64,000 nt of DNA from Deltaproteobacteria bacterium (GTDB taxonomy: Bacteria; JAMCPX01): the NCBI GenBank assembly GCA_023381995.1, contig JAMCVD010000084.1, positions 1,010 through 65,009 of the forward strand. Reading direction: 5' to 3'. A program made the translations under genes and the position numbers. This document shows, piece after piece, positions 37,443 through 46,444 of the stretch. Within the stretch, counting starts at the first letter, position 1. Every line of letters begins with the position of its first letter. The notes below the pieces were generated by a model. It had not been told where the DNA came from and searched no databases. It saw only the letters and a program-made list of their open reading frames with translations.

Positions 37443-39233
37443 CTACACGTAGAGCGCCTCTATCGCGTCCTTGTACTTCTCCATGATGACCCGTCTCTTG
37501 ACCTTCAGGGTCGGGGTAAGCTCGCCCGTCTCCTGCGTAAACTCATTGGCCAGGACCTTTATCTTCTTTATGGTCTCGTACTTTGCAAGCGTGGCGTTGA
37601 CGCCGTCGATGGCGCTCTGTATAAGTGCCATGATCGCGGGGTTCTCGACAAGCTCTTTCCTGTCTTTGTAGATGATATTGTTCTGCTTTGCGTACGATTC
37701 GACCGCATCGAACTTCGGGACGACCAGCGCGACGCAGTAGGGCTTTTTATCGCCGACCATCGCGACCTGCTCGATATACCGGTTCATTTTGAGCGCGTTC
37801 TCGATGGGCTGCGGGGCGATGTTCTTGCCCCCCGCCGTTACGATAAGATCTTTCTTTCGGTCGGTGATATGCAGGTAGCCCTCGTTGTCCAGGAATCCTA
37901 TGTCCCCGGTGTGGAAGTAGCCGTCCTTCTCTATGGCCTCCGCGGTAGCCTCGGGCTTCTTGAAGTAGCCCTTCATGATCATGGGCCCCCGCGCAAGGAT
38001 CTCTCCGTCCGGCGCGATCTTTATCTCGCAGTTCGGTATGGGCTTGCCCGCCGTACCGAACTTCATCTTGCCGTAAGGGTTCACCGTCAGCACGGGCGAC
38101 GTCTCTGTAAGACCGTAGCCCTCGATGATCGTAACGTCGGCCGCATAGAAGAACTCGCCGAGCTCTTTCGAGAGCGGTGCGCCGCCGGACACGAAGAACA
38201 GCAGCCTCCCACCGAGTATGGCCCTTATCTTGCTGAATACGAGCTTCTTCGCAATCGCGTACTTGATACTCAGAACCGCGGGCAGGGGCTTGCCGGCGAG
38301 CTTGTACGGGATCGTCTGCTTGCCCGTATCGAGCGCCCAGTAGAATATCTTTTTTTTCGTGGAAGGGCCGGTCTCGACGCCCTCTACGATCCTGGCATAC
38401 ATCTTCTCATAGACCCTGGGCACCGAGACCATCGCGTACGGCCTTATCTCGGCCATATTATCGACAATCCGGTCTATGCTCTCTGCGTAGGCAATCGTTG
38501 CGCCGTAGAAAAGCATTGTATAATAACCTGCCGTACGCTCGAACACATGGCTCAGCGGTAAAAACGAGAGTACGACAAATGTATCGTCTATAGGAACATA
38601 GGAAGCTATGTCTTCGCAGTTCGACAGTATGTTCCTGTGCGTCAGCATCGCGCCCTTGGGGTCCCCTGTCGTGCCTGAGGTATAGATTATCGTGATCAGG
38701 TCGTCCGGCTGTGTTGCCTGATATCGCCTGTCGAGTACGCTTTTGTCCTTCGAGGCGCCGGCCTTCTTCTTGAGCCCGTCCAGCGTCGTGACAAAGTCGG
38801 GTGCCGGGTTTGCATCGATATGGTCGAGTATGATGACCTTCTTGAGCTTCGGGACGTTCCCCCTTATCTTCAGGACCTTATCGAGCTGGAGCCTGTTCGA
38901 CACAAACAGATACTGTGCCTCGGCATCGTTGACGATGTACTGGACCTGCTGGGGCGTGTTCGTCGCATAGATGGGCACGTTCACGCCTCCGGCGCTTATA
39001 ATGCCGAGGTCCACGTGCGCCCATTCCGGCCTGTTCTCTGAGAGCATGCACACGCTGTCCTTCTGCTTCAGACCCAGATCTATCAGGCCGAGCCCGATGA
39101 GCTCCGCCGACTCCTTCATCTGGTTCCACGATATGTCCACCCAGCTCCCGTCCTTCTTGTAGCGCTGCACGGCCCTATCCCCGTATTTTTTGACCTGGGA
39201 AAAAAACATTTCTGGTATGTTCTTGTATTTCAT
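37443..39233 (-). CDS. Long-chain fatty acid--CoA ligase (AMP-dependent synthetase, FadD-like)
   Basis: 596 aa. It has the AMP-binding motif IIYTSGTTGDPKGAMLTHRNI, a TGD motif, and a C-terminal domain with GKLD-like segments. Confidence 0.85.
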   Translation of the reverse strand: MKYKNIPEMFFSQVKKYGDRAVQRYKKDGSWVDISWNQMKESAELIGLGLIDLGLKQKDSVCMLSENRPEWAHVDLGIISAGGVNVPIYATNTPQQVQYIVNDAEAQYLFVSNRLQLDKVLKIRGNVPKLKKVIILDHIDANPAPDFVTTLDGLKKKAGASKDKSVLDRRYQATQPDDLITIIYTSGTTGDPKGAMLTHRNILSNCEDIASYVPIDDTFVVLSFLPLSHVFERTAGYYTMLFYGATIAYAESIDRIVDNMAEIRPYAMVSVPRVYEKMYARIVEGVETGPSTKKKIFYWALDTGKQTIPYKLAGKPLPAVLSIKYAIAKKLVFSKIRAILGGRLLFFVSGGAPLSKELGEFFYAADVTIIEGYGLTETSPVLTVNPYGKMKFGTAGKPIPNCEIKIAPDGEILARGPMIMKGYFKKPEATAEAIEKDGYFHTGDIGFLDNEGYLHITDRKKDLIVTAGGKNIAPQPIENALKMNRYIEQVAMVGDKKPYCVALVVPKFDAVESYAKQNNIIYKDRKELVENPAIMALIQSAIDGVNATLAKYETIKKIKVLANEFTQETGELTPTLKVKRRVIMEKYKDAIEALYV

Positions 39234-39321
39234 GGCAGACCTCCTTTCCTATCTCTCTACCCATAAATCGCAGGCAAGTCAACAACAGCTTGCGGCCTGT
39301 GATAGCGGCCCTGTGCCGTTT

Positions 39322-39357
39322 GTACCCGGCAGGGAGGACCTCCTCCCTGCCGGGTAC
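39322..39357 (+). other. Perfect GC-rich hairpin (16-bp stem GTACCCGGCAGGGAGG / CCTCCCTGCCGGGTAC, 4-nt loop) followed by a pyrimidine/T-rich tract
   Basis: Read directly from the sequence. It lies in the divergent region between the fadD-like gene (minus) and mnmG (plus). On the plus strand it is followed by GCAAAACCCCCTTTCTTTTTCCC. Confidence 0.45.
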
Positions 39358-39433
39358 GCAAAACCCCCTTTCTTTTTCCCTCTCTCTATACTATCATCTG
39401 TCCGCGCTCTATCGGCGCAGCAAAAAAGAAAAT

Positions 39434-39447
39434 GTTTCACGTGAAAC
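39434..39447 (+). promoter_or_regulatory. Perfect 14-bp palindrome GTTTCACGTGAAAC abutting the mnmG start codon
   Basis: Read directly. It ends 3 nt before the mnmG ATG (39451), contains a CACGTG core, and no classical SD is visible. Confidence 0.25.
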
Positions 39448-39450
39448 ACT

Positions 39451-41340
39451 ATGAAAACCATTGACTATGACGGGCTCTATGACATCATCGTCGTCGGCGC
39501 GGGACATGCGGGCATAGAGGCCGCGCTGGCCGGCGCACGCATGGGGTGCAAGACCCTGCTGCTCACCGGCAACCTTGACACAATAGGGTACATGTCCTGC
39601 AACCCTGCCATAGGAGGGCTCGCAAAGGGGCACCTCGTCAAAGAGATAGACGCGCTGGGCGGACAGATGGCGAAAGCAACGGACCACGCAGGCATACACT
39701 TCAGGCGGCTCAATACAAACAAAGGCCCTGCCGTGCGGGGCAACAGGGCACAGTGCGATAGGGTGCTGTACCGTACCGGCATGAAGGCGGTCATAGAGCA
39801 GCAGGAAGGCATAGACCTGAAACAGGCGACCGTGACAGGTCTCATCGTGGAAGAAAAGGCCATAAGGGGGGTCGAAACTTCCATAGGGCTCGCCTTCTAT
39901 GGGAAGACGGTCGTCCTCACGACCGGAACGTTCTTAAACGGCCTCATACACATAGGGCTTACGCACTTCCCGGCCGGCCGGGCAGGCGAGCCGCCCTCGA
40001 TCGGCATATCGGACAGCCTGCGCCAGCTCGGCTTCGCGATTGGCAGGCTGAAGACGGGGACCACCCCGCGCCTCGACGCAAAAACGATCGATTTCTCCGT
40101 CCTCGAGCCCCAGTACAGCGACGACCCCCCGATACCCTTTTCCTTCTCCACGGAGAAGATAACAAACCCCATGGTTGCCTGCTCCATGACCTATACAAAC
40201 GAGAGGGCCCATGCATTCATCCTGGCGGGCCTGGACCGCTCGCCCCTCTATTCCGGCATCATAAAAGGGGTCGGTGCGAGGTATTGCCCTTCGATTGAAG
40301 ACAAGGTGGTAAAATTTAAAGAAAAGCCAAGACACCAGATATTCCTCGAGCCGGAGGGCTACAACACGAAAGAGGTGTACCCCAACGGACTCGCTACGAG
40401 TCTGCCGTACGACGTCCAACTTCGGATGCTGAGGGCGATAAAGGGGCTCGAGAAGGTCGAGATCATGAGGCCGGGCTATGCGATAGAGTACGATTTCGTC
40501 GACCCGACCCAGCTCTATCCAACACTCGAGACAAAGCTCGTAAGCGGCCTCTACCACGCCGGCCAGATAAACGGGACCTCAGGCTACGAAGAGGCCGGGG
40601 CACAAGGGCTTGTCGCGGGCATCAATGCTGCCCTGAAGGTCAGGCAAAAGCAGCCACTCGTGATAACTCGGCAGCAGGCATATATAGGGGTGCTTATCGA
40701 CGACCTTGTGACAAAGGGCACCCAGGAGCCCTACAGGATGTTCACGTCCAGGGCAGAGCACAGGCTCGTCCTGAGAGAGGACAACGCGGACATCCGCCTC
40801 TGCGATATCGGCTGGTCCATAGGGCTCCTGAGCCAGAAGGACTATGCGCTCTTTCTCCAGAGGCGCGACCGGCACAATGAAGTGCTGGCCAGGCTCCGAT
40901 CTGCACGGGTAAAGGGGGAGCATGCAAAGGGTATCCTCAGGCAGACGGGCTATCCGGACATATTCGATACGACCACGCTCTATCAGCTTCTCAAAAGGCC
41001 GAACATAACCATGAAGCACCTTGAGTCCCTTGAACCGTCCCTTGTGCGTGTGAACAGCTCGATAAAAGATGCAATAGAGGTAGAGGTGAAGTACGACGGC
41101 TACATCAAAAGGGAGACAGAGTTCATAAGCAGGCTCTCGCGGCTTGAGGATACGAAGATACCCGATGGGTTCCTGTATATTAGTATACCGGGGCTGTCCA
41201 CGGAGATAAAAGAAAAGCTCGGCAGGTTCAGGCCGATAACCCTCGGCCAGGCCTCCCGCATCTCCGGAATAACGCCGGCAGCCATAGCAATACTGGATGT
41301 CTATATAAAAAGATACAGGGCAGCGACTGGTATGAAATAA
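39451..41340 (+). CDS. mnmG: tRNA uridine 5-carboxymethylaminomethyl modification enzyme MnmG (GidA)
   Basis: 629 aa, [25 protein letters not shown]-binding N-terminus, full-length GidA similarity. Confidence 0.95.
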   Translation: MKTIDYDGLYDIIVVGAGHAGIEAALAGARMGCKTLLLTGNLDTIGYMSCNPAIGGLAKGHLVKEIDALGGQMAKATDHAGIHFRRLNTNKGPAVRGNRAQCDRVLYRTGMKAVIEQQEGIDLKQATVTGLIVEEKAIRGVETSIGLAFYGKTVVLTTGTFLNGLIHIGLTHFPAGRAGEPPSIGISDSLRQLGFAIGRLKTGTTPRLDAKTIDFSVLEPQYSDDPPIPFSFSTEKITNPMVACSMTYTNERAHAFILAGLDRSPLYSGIIKGVGARYCPSIEDKVVKFKEKPRHQIFLEPEGYNTKEVYPNGLATSLPYDVQLRMLRAIKGLEKVEIMRPGYAIEYDFVDPTQLYPTLETKLVSGLYHAGQINGTSGYEEAGAQGLVAGINAALKVRQKQPLVITRQQAYIGVLIDDLVTKGTQEPYRMFTSRAEHRLVLREDNADIRLCDIGWSIGLLSQKDYALFLQRRDRHNEVLARLRSARVKGEHAKGILRQTGYPDIFDTTTLYQLLKRPNITMKHLESLEPSLVRVNSSIKDAIEVEVKYDGYIKRETEFISRLSRLEDTKIPDGFLYISIPGLSTEIKEKLGRFRPITLGQASRISGITPAAIAILDVYIKRYRAATGMK

Positions 41341-41403
41341 TTACACAGGCACGCCTGCCTCCCCCTTCAAGTCCTCAGCGGATGCAATCCTCTGGACGAC
41401 AAG

Positions 41404-41940
41404 CTATTCTGTCAATACGAAATAGACGTCGGTCGGCTTGAACTTGGAGTTCCTCTTGAACCGCGGCTTCACCCTTTTGCCTATAAGATCTACTGACGCC
41501 TTCGATGGGTCCACGCCGAGCAGCCTCGACAGCATGAGCGTCTTGGCGCCGGCGAACTCGACGAGCACCAGCATGAACGGCGTCTCTTTCAGGAACTCCT
41601 CGCTCCCGAAATAGCACACGGTGAAGGTATGGATCCTGCCCTCTTTCGGCAGCTCCATCCATTCGCACTCTCCGCCGCACTGCTGGCAGTGCAGCTTGGG
41701 CGTTACGTGGACGTACCCGCATGAGGTACACCTAGTACCGAGCAGGCGACCGTTTGCAAGCCCTGCGAAGAACGGCGAGTCCTGCCCGTAGCTGTGGATG
41801 TAGTTTATGCCGTAATGCTGGAGCGTTATGATCGGACTCATGCCTTTCAACTGCTTCAAGTCCTTCGGGAAAGGGACATTGAACAGGACGGTGCCTTCTT
41901 CCGTCTCCGGCATCGCTATATTCTCTTTTTCTTTTTTCAT
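41404..41940 (-). CDS. DUF35 protein (rubredoxin-like Zn ribbon + OB fold; thiolase/aldolase partner)
   Basis: 178 aa. It has the Zn-ribbon motif CTSCGYVHVTPKLHCQQCGG followed by an OB-fold region. It lies immediately downstream of the thiolase-like gene. Confidence 0.7.
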   Translation of the reverse strand: MKKEKENIAMPETEEGTVLFNVPFPKDLKQLKGMSPIITLQHYGINYIHSYGQDSPFFAGLANGRLLGTRCTSCGYVHVTPKLHCQQCGGECEWMELPKEGRIHTFTVCYFGSEEFLKETPFMLVLVEFAGAKTLMLSRLLGVDPSKASVDLIGKRVKPRFKRNSKFKPTDVYFVLTE

Positions 41941-41950
41941 GGCGCCCTCC

Positions 41951-43279
41951 TTAGGCCTTTTCCAGTATAGAGACCGTTACGTACGTGCCCGTGCCCGCGT
42001 GGCTGTGTATCGCGCCCCTTTTGGCGTCTCTGACCTGCAGCAGATCGTTCCCGAAATGCTTCTTGATCGAGTGCTGCACCTGCCAGAAAGCGAATACAGC
42101 CTGCATCAGGCCCGTTGCCCCGACGGGGTGCCCGCACGCCATCAGACCGCCCGAAGGGTTTACCGGGATCGTCCCCTTCTTCTTCAGCTTCAGGCCGTAG
42201 TCTATGTTCGGCAGGAACGGATTGCCTGCCTCGACAAACTTGCCGCCCTCGCCGTACCTGCACAGCCCCATGTCCTCGTACGTCTGTATCTCGGAGGAGG
42301 TATAAGCATCATGGAGCTCGACGAAGTCTATGTCCTTCAACGGGTCCTTGATCCCCGCCATATCGTAGGCGAGCTTCGTTGCCATCCTGCCTGCCCTGAA
42401 GGAGTGTATGCCCGGGTAGTCGAGGCCCCTGTAGTCGTCCGGGGACTCGTGGGGGAGCAGGATCACCTTCCCGTGCGGCCTGTCCGCCATACGCATGCTG
42501 TCCGTGCCCCTACCGACCCCCGAGACCCTGACGGGCCGCAGCCTTGTGCCGGACGCCTTCTCGAGCTTCCTGATGCCCTCTTCGCTCGCGAGCAGGGCAA
42601 CGGCGGCACCGTCCGACATGACACACACATCGAGCCTCGTTAGCGGCCACGCTACCATGGGCGAGTTCCGGACGTCCTCGATCGTGAGCTGCTCGCGCTT
42701 CTGCGCGTACGGGTTGTGGTATGCGTTTATGTGGTTCTTTACCGACACCATCGCCATCTGCTCTACCTTGGTACCGAACTCCTTCATGTGCCGTACGACC
42801 ATCATCGCATAGTAGCCCGTATAGAACCCTCCTACCGGATAGTCGAAGTTGACGTCGGATGCGAGGGCTATAAACTCGTTGCCCTTCCACGTGTTGACAT
42901 GCGACATCGTCTCGAACCCGTACGCAACGCACACGTCCATCACGCCCGACGCAACCGACTTGTACGCCTCCTGAAAGCATATGCCGCCGGTTGCGCCGCC
43001 GCCCTCCACCCTGTGCCCGGGCTTCGGGACAAGCCCCAGGTAGTCCTGCACCATGATCCCCGCCATCAGTTGACGCGTAAAGTGGTCCGAGAAATACGAT
43101 GCCACGACGCCGTCGATAGCGTCGACGGCCTCTCTGTGTGTCAGCCCTATGTCGGCGAGCGCATAGTCGTACGCCTTCTTGACCATGAGCTGGAACGTCA
43201 TCTCCGGGTGCGCTTTCGCAAACTTCGTTATGCCGCCAGATACCATATACACCGGTCTCATTTTATCTCCTTTCTCCAT
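41951..43279 (-). CDS. Thiolase-like protein (SCP-x/Ltp type); the nucleophile Cys seems to be replaced
   Basis: 442 aa. It has the thiolase fold and the C-terminal GHPVGATG His motif. Where the neighbouring thiolase paralogue has EECGGTSS, which aligns to the NRLCGSS nucleophile motif, this protein has VEGGGATGG, so Gly sits at the Cys position in my by-eye alignment. Confidence 0.7.
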   Translation of the reverse strand: MEKGDKMRPVYMVSGGITKFAKAHPEMTFQLMVKKAYDYALADIGLTHREAVDAIDGVVASYFSDHFTRQLMAGIMVQDYLGLVPKPGHRVEGGGATGGICFQEAYKSVASGVMDVCVAYGFETMSHVNTWKGNEFIALASDVNFDYPVGGFYTGYYAMMVVRHMKEFGTKVEQMAMVSVKNHINAYHNPYAQKREQLTIEDVRNSPMVAWPLTRLDVCVMSDGAAVALLASEEGIRKLEKASGTRLRPVRVSGVGRGTDSMRMADRPHGKVILLPHESPDDYRGLDYPGIHSFRAGRMATKLAYDMAGIKDPLKDIDFVELHDAYTSSEIQTYEDMGLCRYGEGGKFVEAGNPFLPNIDYGLKLKKKGTIPVNPSGGLMACGHPVGATGLMQAVFAFWQVQHSIKKHFGNDLLQVRDAKRGAIHSHAGTGTYVTVSILEKA

Positions 43280-43286
43280 AAGGTAT

Positions 43287-43688
43287 TCATATCCTTGGTC
43301 TTACCTCTTTCTTTACGAACTCGAGTATGTCCCCGAGGCTTGCCCCTGGCGTAAATATGCCCTTTACGCCTATGCCTTTCAGGTAGGCGATGTCCTCCTC
43401 CGGGATGATACCGCCCCCGAAAACCGTGACATCGTCGAGCCCTTTCTCCTTCAATAAATCCACGACCCTTTTAAAAAGCGTATTGTGCGCACCGGAAAGT
43501 ATGCTCAGGCCTATGGCATCCACGTCCTCCTGGAGCGCCGTTGCCACAATCATCTCCGGCGTCTGATGGAGCCCCGTATAGATCACTTCGTATCCCGCGT
43601 CTCTGAGCATCCGTGCAATGATCCTGGCGCCCCTGTCATGACCGTCCAGTCCAGGCTTTCCGACAAGGATCCTTATTTTTTTCGTCAT
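43287..43688 (-). CDS. Cobalamin (B12)-binding domain protein, methylmalonyl-CoA-mutase-type small subunit
   Basis: 133 aa. It has the DxHxxG B12-binding motif ([15 protein letters not shown]) and matches the MCM C-terminal domain throughout ([25 protein letters not shown]). No mutase large subunit is present in the window. Confidence 0.8.
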   Translation of the reverse strand: MTKKIRILVGKPGLDGHDRGARIIARMLRDAGYEVIYTGLHQTPEMIVATALQEDVDAIGLSILSGAHNTLFKRVVDLLKEKGLDDVTVFGGGIIPEEDIAYLKGIGVKGIFTPGASLGDILEFVKKEVRPRI

Positions 43689-43900
43689 ACTGTCTCCTTC
43701 AGAGTACTGTCCCTGCTACCCAATAAAGCATAAATGCCAGAAACAATGCAACAGAAGTTGTCCCCGCCGCGTCCGGTCCGTTTCCCATAACATGCCCCGG
43801 CGGCAGGGGCAGCGTCTTCGCGAGAGGCGTTGCCCCTCCGGACAGGGCCGGGGAATAGTGATGGCTTGACACAACACGCTTATTAGTATAGACAGTACCT

Positions 43901-45346
43901 ATGAAATACCTATACTTTTTGATATCGGGCTTGGTCATCGGTGTACTTATTCAGGGCTGTGCAACCTCAAACAGCGGTGGAAACGAAAAAACGGGATTGA
44001 ACATCGGACAGCCCGCAACGGCAGTCGCCATGGGTGGCGCGGCGTGCGGGCCACTGACCGGCACGGATGCGACAGGCGCCTCATCCCTGACAGCGACCTC
44101 CGCCGACCAGGACATATCGGACGTCCTCGCCCGCAGCACTGCGCCGGAGAACCTGGAAAAGATAACGGGGACCACGGACATCCCGATGGTCATGAACGAG
44201 AAGGTGCAATACTTCATCAGGTACTTCGCTGACATCCAGCACGACATATTCGCGAAATGGCTCGAGAGGTCGGAGCAGTACATACCCCAGATGAAAACCA
44301 TCCTGAAGGCGAACGGGCTCCCGGAGGACCTTGTGTACATGGCGCTCATAGAGAGCGGATTCAACACCCACGCCATATCGAGACGGAGCGCTTGCGGTCC
44401 CTGGCAGTTCATCAGGAGCACCGCAAGGCTCTATGACCTCAAGGTCAACTGGTGGGTCGACGAGAGGAGGAACCCGGAGAAGTCGACCCTCGCGGCCGCA
44501 CGGTACCTCAAGAACCTCTACGACACTTTCGGCTCATGGTACCTCGCGGAGGCCGCCTACAACGCGGGGCCCCTCAAGGTCATGTGGGCGATGCAAAAAC
44601 AGAAGACGGACAATTTCTGGAAGCTCGCGGACGACAGGTACCTAAAGAAAGAAACCAGGGACTACGTGCCGAAGCTCATCGCGGCGGCGATGATAGCGAA
44701 GGACCCCGCCGTCTATGGGTTCACCGACCTGACCTATGAAAAGCAGGTTCAGGACGACAGGGTGGTACTCTCCCACCAGATCGACCTCCACGTCGCTGCG
44801 AAGCTTGCCGGCACGACGTACTCGACGATAAAAGAGCTCAACCCGGAGCTCCTCAGGTGGGCAACCCCCCCCGTTCCTTCGTACAGCCTCAACATACCCT
44901 CCGGTACAAAAAGGCTCTTCCTTGCACGGTTGGCGAGCATGCCCAGGCGCATGCTCTTCAGCTACAAGAGATACGCCATACGGAGGGGTGACACCCTCTC
45001 TGTGATTGCGTGTGAATACGGTGTACCGCTCCACGAGCTCAGGTCGATGAACCACATCAGGAACGTTCGGAGGCTACGGCCCGGGCACGACATCATAATA
45101 CCCGTCAGCCCCTACGCGCACAGAGAGGCGATCGCCTATGCAAAAAGGGCGAGGGCGATCGATGCATCCTCTGTGGGGCCCGCGTACATCTACTACAGGG
45201 TACGGCAGGGAGACACCCTGTGGGACATAGCCCATAAGTTCGACGTGACGATCTCGAGGCTAAAGTACAGCAACGGACTGAGAGGCAGGCTTATCAGGCC
45301 GAACATGATCTTGAAGATACCGAAGATCATCGCACGGGAAGATTAG
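43901..45346 (+). CDS. mltD: Membrane-bound lytic murein transglycosylase D-like lipoprotein (SLT domain + 2 LysM)
   Basis: 481 aa. It has a lipobox (LIQGC), the SLT catalytic region YMALIESGFNTHAISRRSACGPWQF, and two C-terminal LysM motifs (YAIRRGDTLSVIA; YRVRQGDTLWDIA). Confidence 0.8.
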   Translation: MKYLYFLISGLVIGVLIQGCATSNSGGNEKTGLNIGQPATAVAMGGAACGPLTGTDATGASSLTATSADQDISDVLARSTAPENLEKITGTTDIPMVMNEKVQYFIRYFADIQHDIFAKWLERSEQYIPQMKTILKANGLPEDLVYMALIESGFNTHAISRRSACGPWQFIRSTARLYDLKVNWWVDERRNPEKSTLAAARYLKNLYDTFGSWYLAEAAYNAGPLKVMWAMQKQKTDNFWKLADDRYLKKETRDYVPKLIAAAMIAKDPAVYGFTDLTYEKQVQDDRVVLSHQIDLHVAAKLAGTTYSTIKELNPELLRWATPPVPSYSLNIPSGTKRLFLARLASMPRRMLFSYKRYAIRRGDTLSVIACEYGVPLHELRSMNHIRNVRRLRPGHDIIIPVSPYAHREAIAYAKRARAIDASSVGPAYIYYRVRQGDTLWDIAHKFDVTISRLKYSNGLRGRLIRPNMILKIPKIIARED

Positions 45347-45360
45347 GAAGGAGAGCCCGG

Positions 45361-46440
45361 TTGTCGAACATCGAACTCGAAAGGCAGGTCCTCAACGCGC
45401 TCAGCAAGGTCGAGGACCCGGAGCTGAAAAGGGACGTCGTAAGCCTCGGTATGATAAGGGACCTGAAGATAGAGAACGGCACCGTGAGTTTCCGTTTCGT
45501 CCTTACCACACCGGCGTGTCCCCTCGCAGACAGTCTAAGCCACGCGGTGCGGGAGGCGGTCGAATCGATAGACTGGGTAAAGTCAGCGGACATCAAGCTG
45601 GACTCCGCCGTCCTGAAGGCGAAATCCCCGGGCCCCAACAAGCCGGTGCCCATCGAGGGCGTCAAGAACATCATAGCCGTGGGCAGCGGCAAGGGGGGCG
45701 TGGGTAAATCTACCGTCAGCGTAAACCTCGCCGTGGCACTTGCCCAGACCGGCGCGAAAGTCGGACTCATCGACGCGGACATCTACGGTCCGGACGTTCC
45801 CATGCTCCTCGGTATAACCAGGGAGCAGAGGCACGCCATCGCCGAAAAAGAGCGGCTCGAACCGGTCGAGGCACACGGGATCAAGGCCGTCTCGATAGGC
45901 CTGATCCTGCCGGACGATACGCCGGTAATCTGGAGAGGGCCGCTGATAAGCCAGATGATCGATCAGTTCCTTACGCAGATCAAATGGGGCGAAATCGACT
46001 ACATGATCGTGGACCTGCCCCCGGGCACAGGGGACATCCAGCTCACTCTCGTCCAGAAGGCACCCATAAACGGCGCCCTCATCGTCTCGACCCCGCAGGA
46101 CGTGTCCCTCCTCGACGCAACGAAGGCCTTGAACATGTTCATGAAGGTAGACGTGCCGGTCCTCGGCATGATCGAGAATATGAGCTACTTCATCTGTCCG
46201 CACTGCGGTAAGCAGACGAACATATTCGGCACGGGTGGCGTCGAGGAGGCCGCGAACAGGTTGTCCATCGATTTCATGGGAAGAATCCCTCTCGAGCCGC
46301 GCGTGAGAGAGGGGGGGGACTCCGGCAGGCCGATAGTGGCCGAGGAGCAGTCCTCCATGACCGCCATGGAGTTCAAAAACATAGCGGCCAGGGTTGCATC
46401 GAGGCTGAGCGTACAGAACATGGCGACCAGAGACAGGTAG
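45361..46440 (+). CDS. Iron-sulfur cluster carrier ATPase Mrp/ApbC/NBP35 family
   Basis: 359 aa. It uses a TTG start with GGAAGGAG upstream. It has an N-terminal DUF59-like domain, the deviant Walker A GSGKGGVGKST, and a CxxC motif (CPHC). Confidence 0.85.
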   Translation: MSNIELERQVLNALSKVEDPELKRDVVSLGMIRDLKIENGTVSFRFVLTTPACPLADSLSHAVREAVESIDWVKSADIKLDSAVLKAKSPGPNKPVPIEGVKNIIAVGSGKGGVGKSTVSVNLAVALAQTGAKVGLIDADIYGPDVPMLLGITREQRHAIAEKERLEPVEAHGIKAVSIGLILPDDTPVIWRGPLISQMIDQFLTQIKWGEIDYMIVDLPPGTGDIQLTLVQKAPINGALIVSTPQDVSLLDATKALNMFMKVDVPVLGMIENMSYFICPHCGKQTNIFGTGGVEEAANRLSIDFMGRIPLEPRVREGGDSGRPIVAEEQSSMTAMEFKNIAARVASRLSVQNMATRDR

Positions 46441-46444
46441 CCCC

